Made by a program: the position numbers and the translations under genes. A DNA stretch of 64,000 nucleotides, from positions 8,082 to 72,081 of the IMG/VR virus record IMGVR_UViG_3300036831_000067. The stretch is one strand, 5' to 3'. Below are positions 1-8,422 of the stretch, piece by piece. A model generated the notes under the pieces. That model was not told where the DNA came from, searched no databases, and saw only the letters and a list, made by a program, of their open reading frames with translations. Each line of letters starts with the position of its first letter. Position 1 is the stretch's first letter. This stretch comes from a virus.

Positions 1-250
1 TTACCTGCGCACCGACGGCAGTCAGGCTGACATCGCCGAGGTGGTCGAGTTCGAGGACCTGCGCTGGGGCGGTCGCTACGTCATCCTTCGGACGGCCGGT
101 GAGGCTGTCGCCGTCTACAAGATGGTTGTGCGCTTCGGTGCAGCCAAGCCTGATGGCAAAGGTGCGTTCGTGGTCAACAGCATGAGCGTCGGAGTCAAAC
201 GGATCAAGCGTTGGCCAAAAGGATTGGTGAGCAAGGAAAGGGAGGCATGA
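1..250 (+). CDS. Hypothetical phage protein, 5' truncated by window edge
   Basis: Frame of ORF 41..250 is open back to the window start; its TGA overlaps the next ATG at 247. Confidence 0.6.
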   Translation, partial: YLRTDGSQADIAEVVEFEDLRWGGRYVILRTAGEAVAVYKMVVRFGAAKPDGKGAFVVNSMSVGVKRIKRWPKGLVSKEREA

Positions 251-690
251 TTATGTACAACTTCAACAGCTATGGCGAGGTCGAGAGTGGCCCGGGTACC
301 TACGAGCAGGCCGCGATGGATCTCTATGAGCGCGGGCAAGTCCGGCTCAACTGGGTCGACGGAATGGGCACCCTGCTCAACGTCCTGCTGAGCTTTGACC
401 CGACGGTGGTCGGTGCCCCGGGCGGCCGGATCTCCGGTGGGCCCGGACAGCTCTACGTGAGCGTCGCCGGGATGGGTATGCACGCCTGGACGCTGGGCAG
501 CTCGGACATCTTCTCCGGGTATCTGGCCGAGAAGATCATGAGCGGTCAATACGTGAACACCACCGCGACCAAGCTGGCCGAGTTGGTGTCTGGCGTCCGG
601 CGTGAACTGACCAAGATGGTCACTGCCGACCACAACCCCGGAGAAGAAAAGGAGAGTAATGACACACACATTGGAACGCACGCTCGATGA
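247..690 (+). CDS. Hypothetical phage protein
   Basis: GGAGG RBS before ATG 247; ATGA overlap; GC-rich third positions. Confidence 0.75.
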   Translation: MIMYNFNSYGEVESGPGTYEQAAMDLYERGQVRLNWVDGMGTLLNVLLSFDPTVVGAPGGRISGGPGQLYVSVAGMGMHAWTLGSSDIFSGYLAEKIMSGQYVNTTATKLAELVSGVRRELTKMVTADHNPGEEKESNDTHIGTHAR

Positions 691-940
691 GCGATATCAG
701 GTCGTGCACGAGGCCATTCTGGCCGGGTCCCACGCCGAGGTTCAGGAGTTGATCGATACCGGGATGGCCTGGCGTATGCCGGGCAGTGTCGGGCGGGCCT
801 GCATGGCCGCGCTGCAGTCCGGGGCGGCCGTGCTGGCGCCCGAGCCGAAGCGCGACTACTACGGCAACGTGGTGCCCAGCTACCGTGACGTGCTCGACGG
901 CACGACTGGTTCGGTAGGCAACGCCGAGAAGCAGGACTGA
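659..940 (+). CDS. Hypothetical phage protein
   Basis: AAGGAG RBS upstream; followed by a stem-loop. Confidence 0.75.
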   Translation: MTHTLERTLDERYQVVHEAILAGSHAEVQELIDTGMAWRMPGSVGRACMAALQSGAAVLAPEPKRDYYGNVVPSYRDVLDGTTGSVGNAEKQD

Positions 941-946
941 AAAGCT

Positions 947-990
947 GCCACGGGCGGCAGCCAACCCCCCACCGTGCTGTCGTCCGTGGC
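947..990 (+). terminator. Stem-loop, probable terminator or RNA processing site
   Basis: gccacgggcggcagc (947-961) pairs with gctgtcgtccgtggc (976-990): 15 bp including 2 G-U, then a pyrimidine tract. Confidence 0.6.
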
Positions 991-996
991 CCTTCC

Positions 997-1037
997 TTGT
1001 CCAGGAATACCTAGATCTGCCACAATGTTCATATAAT
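997..1037 (+). promoter_or_regulatory. Candidate host SigA-type early promoter
   Basis: TTGTCC(997)-N18-CACAAT and a perfect TATAAT at 1032-1037 in an AT-rich gap before a small-gene operon. Confidence 0.5.
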
Positions 1038-1053
1038 CGGAAGGGAGAACGAA

Positions 1054-1275
1054 ATGACCACACCGCTGACATCTGCGTTACAGGTGCATTATCCCGACCG
1101 CCGGACACGGGCCTATGCCGAGATGGAGGCGCTGTTGACGCAGCGTCACATCGCAGAGACCCACCCCGAAGAGGTTTCGCTGTATCCGACGATCGAAGAG
1201 TCCTACACCACGGCCACCATGATGTGCGCCGACCTCGACGAGATCGCCGCCGAGATGATGGAGATGATGAAGTGA
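1054..1275 (+). CDS. Hypothetical acidic protein
   Basis: AAGGGAG RBS; stop overlaps next GTG. Confidence 0.7.
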   Translation: MTTPLTSALQVHYPDRRTRAYAEMEALLTQRHIAETHPEEVSLYPTIEESYTTATMMCADLDEIAAEMMEMMK

Positions 1276-1565
1276 CTACCACATACCCCAGCGCTTCGGT
1301 TGTTTCCCGTGCGCTGCGCCGCGACGCCGGGATCATCAGCGTTGCGTACAACCGCCTGGGCTACCGGGTCCGGGGCACCCGTTCCTTTGCCCCCGCGATC
1401 GTGGTGGCGTGCTCTGAGCTTCCACACAGCCGCGCCGATGTCTTTCGGGCGCGGGAGCTTCACGAGCACCTCACCAACTTGGGGTGGGAACTCACCCCCC
1501 TTCCTGAGGGCGACACCATTCTCTACGTCCAGCGCGTCCCAGCGAAGAAGGAGACGAAATCATGA
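1272..1565 (+). CDS. Hypothetical phage protein
   Basis: GTG 1272 overlaps the upstream TGA; stop overlaps ATG 1562. Confidence 0.65.
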   Translation: MTTTYPSASVVSRALRRDAGIISVAYNRLGYRVRGTRSFAPAIVVACSELPHSRADVFRARELHEHLTNLGWELTPLPEGDTILYVQRVPAKKETKS

Positions 1566-1783
1566 CCACCGCAACCCTGAACCAGACCGAGCACGCCTAT
1601 GCCTGCCGCATGGCATTGGCCGAGCTGCTCAACGCTATCGCTGTCACCGGCTCGTCGCGCCATGAAGCGCTATCGGTTGGGCGGCTGTGGTTGGAGCGGG
1701 CTCGCAAGCAGGCCCAGACCGCCGATGAGCGCACGGTCGTGCGTCGTCTGCGCGAGGCGATGAGAGGAGTGGAGCAATCGTGA
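1562..1783 (+). CDS. Hypothetical phage protein
   Basis: AAGGAG RBS; ATGA coupling. Confidence 0.7.
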   Translation: MTTATLNQTEHAYACRMALAELLNAIAVTGSSRHEALSVGRLWLERARKQAQTADERTVVRRLREAMRGVEQS

Positions 1784-1805
1784 CGACTTCCTTCTGGCAG
1801 TCCAC

Positions 1806-2042
1806 ATGAAGGCTGCCCGGACCCGGGGACATATTCACCGGCTGGCCGTCGAGCACGGTTGGCAGGTAGGAACCGTTAACCGAACCGATGTCCTCACGCG
1901 CGGTCAGATCTTGGTTCGGGTGCGTTATGCCCGTAACGGGAGATTGGTGCACGTGGCTCAATACGCGCCTAACGGTCTAAATGAGCACCCCGCCAGGGGC
2001 AAGCAAACCTATGTCCGGCAATGGCTGACGGAGGCATCATGA
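1806..2042 (+). CDS. Hypothetical phage protein (true start may be GTG 1780 with an indel)
   Basis: ORF fills the operon gap; the RBS-preceded GTG at 1780 is out of frame. Confidence 0.55.
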   Translation: MKAARTRGHIHRLAVEHGWQVGTVNRTDVLTRGQILVRVRYARNGRLVHVAQYAPNGLNEHPARGKQTYVRQWLTEAS

Positions 2043-2264
2043 CATATGAGCAGGTTAATACGGTTGCTGAACTGGCTGCACTGCCTGAGTTCTCGGTGGT
2101 GCAGTTTCGGGGGTTACCCCGAGGGTGGACATCCGATGCAGGTGGTCTGGCAGAAGGACGGGGCGTGGTTCCCGGCCGGGGGCACTGATTATCTCAAGGA
2201 CGAGGACGTGCCCGAGGTGGCCCTACCGGCACTGGTGTTGTGGCGTCCAGTGGAGGCATCGTGA
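2039..2264 (+). pseudogene. Small phage gene split by a +1 frameshift at the G5 run 2109-2113
   Basis: ATG 2039 has a GGAGG RBS and ATGA coupling and reads MTYEQVNTVAELAALPEFSVVQFRG. Removing one G joins it to YPEGGHPMQVVWQKDGAWFPAGG...LPALVLWRP, giving one coherent ORF ending at 2264. Confidence 0.6.
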
Positions 2265-2572
2265 TCCTGCACACCGCCTATGTCAACGAGGAAGCGATCC
2301 TGAAGAAGGGTCGTTACGCGGACGGCAGTACCGCTCTGGTGGCCTACAGTGCGCTCGGCGAGGTGCTTTCCAAGTGCACGGTGTGTCTAGACGAATACGG
2401 TGAAAAGCCGCGCGACGCCGAGCACGTGTTCATCAAGGACTACTCGGAGAACGAGGGCATGCTCAAGGCCCTGCAGGACGCGGGCATCGTCGGTGAGGTG
2501 CTGCGCACGGTGCCCTGTGGCTTCTGCACCGCTCATGAGGTCAAGCTGATCGCGGAGGTGGAACCGCTGTGA
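2261..2572 (+). CDS. Hypothetical phage protein with IKDYSENEG motif (DUF4313-like)
   Basis: GGAGG RBS, GTGA coupling; 'GRYADGSTAL...VFIKDYSENEGMLKALQDAGIV' resembles a recurrent small phage/ICE family (recalled, not searched). Confidence 0.7.
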   Translation: MILHTAYVNEEAILKKGRYADGSTALVAYSALGEVLSKCTVCLDEYGEKPRDAEHVFIKDYSENEGMLKALQDAGIVGEVLRTVPCGFCTAHEVKLIAEVEPL

Positions 2573-2598
2573 GTTCCGGCGGCCGACGATTGAAGGGG
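2567..2598 (+). promoter_or_regulatory. Candidate phage late-promoter motif
   Basis: CTGT-N21-GAAGGGG, upstream of gene 2611. Confidence 0.45.
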
Positions 2599-2610
2599 TG
2601 AGGAGGAGCC

Positions 2611-3063
2611 ATGAGGATCAAGAAACAAGCCGAGCAGTGGCCGGACTGGATGACCCCCGAAGAGCGCACCGAGGCGTCTGGGCTGGCCCGTGAGCTACAG
2701 GACCGTGCCGATCGCGGGGAGATCTCTCCGTTGGATGCCCGTAGTCCGCGTTCGGTCAACGACGCCATGCAGGTCAACCGTGAACGGCGCCATCGTTTTC
2801 CGGATCCGCACTACGACGATTACGACAAGGCCTTCAACGACTTCGAGCACCAGCAGGCCTATGAGGAGGCCGGGGTGGATCCCGCCGATACCGCCCGGCT
2901 GGGTTGGGGATCGCAGAAGCCCTCGCCCGAGAAGGTGCCGCCACCGCCGGTGCGCAACGACGATGTCCGGCTGATACAGCCCGAGGAGTCCGGGCTGGAG
3001 TATCCGGCCATTGTGCGGCGTAATCCCAAGGGTGACGGCTGGGATGTGATGAAGCCGCTGTGA
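2611..3063 (+). CDS. Acidic, Pro-rich hypothetical protein with N-terminal MRIKKQA leader (candidate capsid cargo)
   Basis: GAGGAG RBS; late-type motif upstream; K-x-A motif at residues 5-7. Confidence 0.75.
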   Translation: MRIKKQAEQWPDWMTPEERTEASGLARELQDRADRGEISPLDARSPRSVNDAMQVNRERRHRFPDPHYDDYDKAFNDFEHQQAYEEAGVDPADTARLGWGSQKPSPEKVPPPPVRNDDVRLIQPEESGLEYPAIVRRNPKGDGWDVMKPL

Positions 3064-3118
3064 GCGGTCCAGTTTTGCTCTAATCTTGGTATCAGACACA
3101 CACAAAGGAGAATTACCC

Positions 3119-3865
3119 ATGCGACCGTCATTGACCTTCAAAACTCCCCGGGGGATCAGCCGTTCGATCCGGCGCGAAGACATCAAGAAGATCGAGCCCG
3201 ATCCCAAGACCGGCGGGTCTCGGCTCTGTGGACCGAGTGGTTTCTTCACCTTGGTGTGCGAAGACCCCGAGACCGTTCGCAACATGATTACCGAGGACTT
3301 CGTTGCCGAGCAGGAGGAGGAGCGCCAACTGCGCGAGCGTTGCCCGTCGGTTCCCGCCCGGCTGCTCGGTGATCGTGATCGCCCTGAGAAGGGTGATTTC
3401 ATCGCCGTCTACAACAAGGCAGCTCAGCGCTGGCGCTGCTATCAGGTTTGGCGCCGCGTCAACCACCGTGACACCACCTCCACGATCACGATCGTGCGGG
3501 CCTCCCACGTCCCGCAGTCCGGGGACGGATCGGCCTATGCGCACTGGAACCGTGACGCCGGTTTCGCTCAGCCCACCAACTTCCACGGCTGGTGGGTAAT
3601 TCCCGATACGGCCGAGGGGCGCCAGTGGGTGACCGACCAGATAGCCATCGAGAAGCAGGACGTACGCGATGAGGAGGCTGCCAAGCAACGCCAGTACCGC
3701 GAGCCCGGAGCCATCGTGGAGCGAATGCTGCAACGGGCCAAAGAGTGCGAGATCCAGGCCAACGGACTAGAAGCCGACGCCAGGGCAATTCGCAGGCTGG
3801 CCGAGCGGCTGCGCACCGATGCCGATGTGATCAAGCAGAGCGCGTCGGAGCTTGTCGGTGGGTAG
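3119..3865 (+). CDS. Hypothetical protein with C-terminal coiled coil
   Basis: AAAGGAG RBS before ATG 3119. Confidence 0.75.
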   Translation: MRPSLTFKTPRGISRSIRREDIKKIEPDPKTGGSRLCGPSGFFTLVCEDPETVRNMITEDFVAEQEEERQLRERCPSVPARLLGDRDRPEKGDFIAVYNKAAQRWRCYQVWRRVNHRDTTSTITIVRASHVPQSGDGSAYAHWNRDAGFAQPTNFHGWWVIPDTAEGRQWVTDQIAIEKQDVRDEEAAKQRQYREPGAIVERMLQRAKECEIQANGLEADARAIRRLAERLRTDADVIKQSASELVGG

Positions 3866-3892
3866 AGAGAAACTGGGGATGCATCGAGGAAT

Positions 3893-3923
3893 TTGTGTGA
3901 TCCTTAGAGCATTCCTATAGGTA
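3893..3923 (+). promoter_or_regulatory. Candidate host-type promoter
   Basis: TTGTGT(3893)-N17-TATAGG in an AT-rich gap; TATAGGTA recurs at 63588. Confidence 0.4.
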
Positions 3924-3960
3924 AGGGCGCAAGCCCTCAAACAGAAAGAGAGACACACAC

Positions 3961-5154
3961 ATGACAACCACACTCACCCGTGAGCCTCTGGCCCCCCAGC
4001 GGGCCCGCAGCGTCGAACTGGAGGACATGGGCCGACTGCTGGCCCTGCAGCGTCGTCAGTCTGTCGACCTGGTCCTCCCGGCGTCCACCGTGCGCCTGGT
4101 CAACGGCAGACTGGAAGTTGCCGGGGCCGAGCCGATCCTGCGTAAGGACGGCGTGCTGGACCCCAACGGCTCCTACAGCTTGACCGCCATAGCCGATGGC
4201 CAACTCGGTGAGTTGTTCGGGGTTCCGGTCAAGTACGTGCGCAAGCTGCGTGATGAGTTCGTCGAATTGCTCGACGAGAACGTTAACCAGTGGGCCAATC
4301 ACTCCAGCTACGCCGAGAAGAAGATCCTGGCTCGGTTGTTCTGGGCCGATGACCCCGAGCACCCCGAGACCGTCGGCAAGGCCCGGGCCTTCCTGTCCAA
4401 CCGCTACGGTGCCAGAGACAACTTCGACACCCTGGTGAGCACGCTCGACGGCATTCGTGAGGCCGGGCTGGCCGCCAACGAACTGGAGATCCACGGCGAC
4501 ATCACTGACCGCAGGTTCTACGTGGTTGTGCACGCCCCGGAGATCCAGGGCTACGCGCACAAGCTGGTGGAGAACTACCGCAGTCCCTATGCGGGCCACG
4601 GTGGTGCCGACGCGGTCAATCTGCCGATCGTGGATGCCGGGCTGATCATCTCCAACTCCGAGATCGGCTACGGGATGCAGAGCGTGACCCCGCGCCTGCG
4701 GATCCGGATGTGTGGCAACGGTGCCCAGATCACCAAGGACGCGGTGGCCTTCCGGCACACCGGCGCCCGGCTGGACGAGGGGGCGGTCGACTGGTCGAAC
4801 GAGACCCGCGCGGCCGTCAACGAGGTGGCCCGGCTGCAGATCCGCGACGCCGTCAAGTCATTCCTGACCGCCGAGTACGTCCAGAAGACGATCGACGAGC
4901 TGGAACGCGACGCCGACACCCCGGTGGACAACGTCTCCAAGACGATCGAGGCGGTGACCCAGGAGTTCGGTTACACCGAGGAGGAGGCCAACTCGATCCT
5001 GAACTTCTTCATGGACGGCGGCCAGCGCACAGCGGCCGGGGTGATGAACGCCATCACCGCAGCCGTGCAGGAGTTTGATGATGCCGATCGCGCCTACGAG
5101 GTCGAGGCCACCGCGATTCCCGCGATGGCGTTCGCCGCCAAGGCTGCTGGGTAA
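3961..5154 (+). CDS. DUF932-like phage/plasmid protein
   Basis: Motifs 'RAFLSNRY', 'GLIISNSEIGYG', 'PRLRIRMCGNG' and 'RHTG' fit the DUF932 pattern. Confidence 0.75.
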   Translation: MTTTLTREPLAPQRARSVELEDMGRLLALQRRQSVDLVLPASTVRLVNGRLEVAGAEPILRKDGVLDPNGSYSLTAIADGQLGELFGVPVKYVRKLRDEFVELLDENVNQWANHSSYAEKKILARLFWADDPEHPETVGKARAFLSNRYGARDNFDTLVSTLDGIREAGLAANELEIHGDITDRRFYVVVHAPEIQGYAHKLVENYRSPYAGHGGADAVNLPIVDAGLIISNSEIGYGMQSVTPRLRIRMCGNGAQITKDAVAFRHTGARLDEGAVDWSNETRAAVNEVARLQIRDAVKSFLTAEYVQKTIDELERDADTPVDNVSKTIEAVTQEFGYTEEEANSILNFFMDGGQRTAAGVMNAITAAVQEFDDADRAYEVEATAIPAMAFAAKAAG

Positions 5155-5163
5155 TCAGGAAAC

Positions 5164-5187
5164 GGCCGGGGGTTTCGGTCCCCGGCC
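5164..5187 (+). terminator. GC-rich hairpin after the DUF932-like gene
   Basis: ggccgggg / ccccggcc inverted repeat; weak U tail. Confidence 0.5.
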
Positions 5188-5206
5188 CTTACCCATTCAA
5201 GGAGGC

Positions 5207-5446
5207 ATGATGGTCCATGACCTGGACAAGATCACCGACTGGGCCGCCGAGTTCGGCTGGGAGGTCGTCGAGACCGACCCGCCGGTGCTCACTAAGGCCG
5301 GGCGTACGCTACAGCTCAAGTTCAACACCGCCGGAAAACTCAGCAGTTTGACCTGGATCGGCGGTGATGAACATAGCGAGACGATCCCCGGTACGACCAG
5401 CCTCAATAAGCTCCGCGAATGGATGGCCACCGACCTTTCGTCATAA
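5207..5446 (+). CDS. Hypothetical phage protein
   Basis: AAGGAGG RBS before ATG 5207. Confidence 0.7.
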   Translation: MMVHDLDKITDWAAEFGWEVVETDPPVLTKAGRTLQLKFNTAGKLSSLTWIGGDEHSETIPGTTSLNKLREWMATDLSS

Positions 5447-5468
5447 CTGAATCCCACTCCCCTAGACC

Positions 5469-5522
5469 AACCCACCCCCGGAATTCTCTTCCTTCCTTCC
5501 GTCCCGGGGGTGGGTTTTTTTA
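5469..5522 (+). terminator. Rho-independent terminator ending the early-type block
   Basis: aacccacccccgg / ccgggggtgggtt stem followed by a T run. Confidence 0.8.
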
Positions 5523-5549
5523 TGCCCGAAAACAGAGAAGCATCGAGGG

Positions 5550-5581
5550 CTGTAGACCGTCTGCTCTTATGGCCTTAAGGG
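5550..5581 (+). promoter_or_regulatory. Candidate phage late-promoter motif
   Basis: CTGT-N22-TAAGGG just downstream of a terminator. Confidence 0.6.
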
Positions 5582-5593
5582 TAGGAGGCCTTC

Positions 5594-6190
5594 ATGAAGT
5601 TCATCAGTTCCCGGCAACGGGAAACCGAAGCGACCCATCGCCGTTTAGCGGCCGAAGTCAAGAAATTCCGTGCGGGCGAGCAAGGCTGGTTCGATGGCAC
5701 TCCGCAGTCGGTGGACCGGCGCCTGGTGGCCTGTAATCGGGCTCTGGCGGCCGCCAGGGGCGCCCTGGAGCGCGACCCGGTTGATCCGTACCCACTGCAG
5801 ATTGTCGGGCATCTGGAGGATGATCAGCGTGCGCTCGTGGGACTGCGCGAGGATCTGCTCACCGGCTGTGCCGACCGGGATCCGGTGCGTACCGCATCCG
5901 CCCCCGGCGCACCTCCGTTGTCGCGCGAGATGCAGCGCTGGGTGACCCTGACGTCTTCCCAGTTCGTCCAGGCCAATGCCGACTGCGTGCACTATCCCCA
6001 CGAGCTGGCCATCCGGGCCCGCGACTACGCCAGTAGAGCGGCGTCGACTCATTTGCAGTGCCGCGAGGTGACGGCGGCGTTCGTCGATGCGGTGCTGGCC
6101 CGGGCCCGTGATGTTCCGCAGCCACGTCCGCACAACAAGACGGCCGCGCGCGATGTCTGCGATCTCGATGGTGCGGTGATGTTCCTGTAA
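5594..6190 (+). CDS. Hypothetical protein, candidate head-associated
   Basis: AGGAGG RBS; RTA and KTA motifs; C-terminus DLDGAVMFL resembles the scaffold C-terminus INDSAIFM. Confidence 0.75.
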   Translation: MKFISSRQRETEATHRRLAAEVKKFRAGEQGWFDGTPQSVDRRLVACNRALAAARGALERDPVDPYPLQIVGHLEDDQRALVGLREDLLTGCADRDPVRTASAPGAPPLSREMQRWVTLTSSQFVQANADCVHYPHELAIRARDYASRAASTHLQCREVTAAFVDAVLARARDVPQPRPHNKTAARDVCDLDGAVMFL

Positions 6191-6208
6191 CCCTGGAAGG
6201 GGGGTCTG

Positions 6209-6394
6209 ATGCTGAGCTTGGCTGAGCGTGAGGAGATTCGTCAGGTTGCCTATGACGCTATCGCCGAGCTGGAACGTCAGATCTATGAGTGTGCGGGGTC
6301 CTACAGCTACCTGTGCTTGATTGACGGCGCGGTGACTTTTACCCATCACCCGGTGGGACGTGTGTTGCGCTATATTCCGCGCCCGGTGGCCTGA
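6209..6394 (+). CDS. Small hypothetical protein
   Basis: Purine-rich RBS; fills the operon gap. Confidence 0.6.
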   Translation: MLSLAEREEIRQVAYDAIAELERQIYECAGSYSYLCLIDGAVTFTHHPVGRVLRYIPRPVA

Positions 6395-6403
6395 AAGGCG
6401 ATC

Positions 6404-6688
6404 ATGTTCAGTATCGGACCGACGAGCTTTTATCCACTGCTCGATACGCTGCTGCTGCTGATCATCATCGGTTGGCTGATTTGGCGTTACGTCAGTCTCA
6501 ATAAGGCCCGCGACAACGACATCGTCAAGATCACCGACACCATCAATGCCTTGCGTTATCGACAAAAGGCTTTGGAGGCGATTGTTTTACAGCACCATCG
6601 TCATCATCCCGGTGCCGGTGAGTTTCCTCTGGTCGACGACGAGTTTGACGATCTGGAGCCCCCCGGTGCCCAACCAGCTCAGCCTTAA
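6404..6688 (+). CDS. Single-TM membrane protein (possible lysis accessory)
   Basis: Hydrophobic LLDTLLLLIIIGWLIW followed by a coiled coil. Confidence 0.7.
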   Translation: MFSIGPTSFYPLLDTLLLLIIIGWLIWRYVSLNKARDNDIVKITDTINALRYRQKALEAIVLQHHRHHPGAGEFPLVDDEFDDLEPPGAQPAQP

Positions 6689-7055
6689 CGCACTGCAGGC
6701 CGTCGCCTATGCCGGTCTCGGCGGTGGTCTGGGGGCCGTCGGGGCGGCGTGGATCACGGCCCGCGCCGGGCGCGATCACGACAAGGCCGATGCCGCTGCT
6801 CAGCTCACCAAGGCTGCCTCGGCACTGACCGATCGGCTGGTCAAGCGCAATGCCGATTTGTCCGCCGACAACGGTCGGCTGCGGCGCACGTTGCTGGATC
6901 TGATCGAGCGCATCGACGTGGTGGTGCAGCAGTCGCGCCGGGAGGTCACCGACGACAAGGGGCCGCGTCTGATGATTCCGTTGCTGTACGCACTGGAAAA
7001 GGCCAATGACCGGGCCCAGCGGGTGCTAGCCGGGGCCGAGGACAGCCCGGCCTGA
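6666..7055 (+). CDS. Membrane protein, N-terminal TM plus coiled coil (possible lysis accessory)
   Basis: GGAG then GTG 6666; AVAYAGLGGGLGAVGAAWI hydrophobic segment then heptad-rich region. Confidence 0.65.
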   Translation: MPNQLSLNALQAVAYAGLGGGLGAVGAAWITARAGRDHDKADAAAQLTKAASALTDRLVKRNADLSADNGRLRRTLLDLIERIDVVVQQSRREVTDDKGPRLMIPLLYALEKANDRAQRVLAGAEDSPA

Positions 7056-7122
7056 CCTGTAGCGCAGCAGATCCTGGGCAGGAAGAAGTGAGGGGGCCGT
7101 TCCCCGACAAGGAAGGCAAGCC

Positions 7123-7557
7123 ATGACCGATCCGGTCGAGCAGTCCATCTGGACACAAATGGTCAATCCCGCCGACTCCATCAATCTGTATGAGGGCGAG
7201 CAGTGCGTGTCGCCGGTGGTGATCAGGGGCGCCAACGACATGCGCAAGTGGTTGCGGTTTCTGTCCTGGGATCTGTTGCGCTTCGCGGGCGTCACCCTGT
7301 TCAAGGGGCCGTTCAACCCGGCCGGTCTATGGGGGATTCGTGACCAGGTCAACCGCATCCACCTGCTCTCGGAGATGAACGCCATCATGCTGATGCGGAT
7401 ATGCGAAAGCGCTACTCCGCCGATCAACATCAGCGACGTGCTCGGCTATATCGGGCCGCCACCGGCCGCGACGCTGCAGGCCGGAATGCCACCCGATCCG
7501 CTCGACAGCACCGATTTGCACCGCCGGTTCGGCGCCGGTCTGAAGGTCACGATGTAA
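7123..7557 (+). CDS. Hypothetical protein
   Basis: AAGGAAGG RBS; TAATG coupling to the next gene. Confidence 0.7.
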   Translation: MTDPVEQSIWTQMVNPADSINLYEGEQCVSPVVIRGANDMRKWLRFLSWDLLRFAGVTLFKGPFNPAGLWGIRDQVNRIHLLSEMNAIMLMRICESATPPINISDVLGYIGPPPAATLQAGMPPDPLDSTDLHRRFGAGLKVTM

Positions 7558-8420
7558 TGGGCAAGCCCGCCATCATTACCGTCAACGGGACGGGTGTCCC
7601 CGACCCGTTCGGACCCGGGTTCTCCGGTGACATGGGCCGCTACCTCAGCCCGGCGGTGAGTTCCTGGGTGCCCGTCGCGTCTCAGTTCTTCGGGCCCTCC
7701 GTGGTCCCGCCGCCCCCGCCGATCTACTGGCAGCCGACCGGCTATCCGGCTGCCGTGGCACAGATGGGCGCCAGCATGTTGGCCGGTGTTGATGCCATCA
7801 GCGCCAACGTCGACAGGATGGAGCAAGAAGGTATCAATGGCCCGGGTGACCCGCTGAGCCTGAGCGGGTACAGCCAGGGTGCCATGGTCACCGGCTACTG
7901 GGCGGTGAACCTCTGTCTCAATCCCAACGGCAAGTACCACAACCGGCTGGCCGACGTGCAGAAGGGCGGCATCGTTCAATATGGTGACCCGTACCGTTGC
8001 CCTGGTATCGCTCGTGGCAATGACATCTGCGGCGTACCTGTGCCAGGCACTCAGGATGGTGCAGTTACCGGTGGCATATCTGGTCCATTAGACCTCACGC
8101 AGGAACAGACAGATGAACTCAATTTGAAATCATGCGCATTACCCGGAGATTTATATGCCAGTGCGCCGGTGGGTTCCAATCCCTGGACGGCGGAGGCTTC
8201 GGCCGGGAAGGTGGGCACGTCAATTTTCGCCGCAGTACAGAGCTTCACATTTATGAAATTGGTCAGGATTCTTCTGGACGTGTTCACGCCAATCGGCATG
8301 ATCGAAGAGATTTACAACGGTATGCAATTCGCCAGTCAGGGAACAAATGCGCCACATTGGCGATATGAGCCATTCGTGGTTCCCATGAGTAATTGGATAC
8401 TTAAAAACATAGGGGCCTAA
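7557..8420 (+). CDS. lysB: Lysin B-like cutinase-family serine esterase
   Basis: N-terminal TVNGTG; GYPAA; nucleophile elbow GYSQG (7866-7880); YGDPYR; PGDLY (Asp); PHWRY (His). Confidence 0.75.
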   Translation: MGKPAIITVNGTGVPDPFGPGFSGDMGRYLSPAVSSWVPVASQFFGPSVVPPPPPIYWQPTGYPAAVAQMGASMLAGVDAISANVDRMEQEGINGPGDPLSLSGYSQGAMVTGYWAVNLCLNPNGKYHNRLADVQKGGIVQYGDPYRCPGIARGNDICGVPVPGTQDGAVTGGISGPLDLTQEQTDELNLKSCALPGDLYASAPVGSNPWTAEASAGKVGTSIFAAVQSFTFMKLVRILLDVFTPIGMIEEIYNGMQFASQGTNAPHWRYEPFVVPMSNWILKNIGA

Positions 8421-8422
8421 CC

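Noticed and set aside
6185-6203. CTGT...GAAGG as another late-promoter copy (also 3058 and 29932)
   Set aside because: Spacing is wrong (about 7 or 28 nt) or the second half is absent; CTGT at 6185 and 3058 is explained by CTG plus a stop codon.
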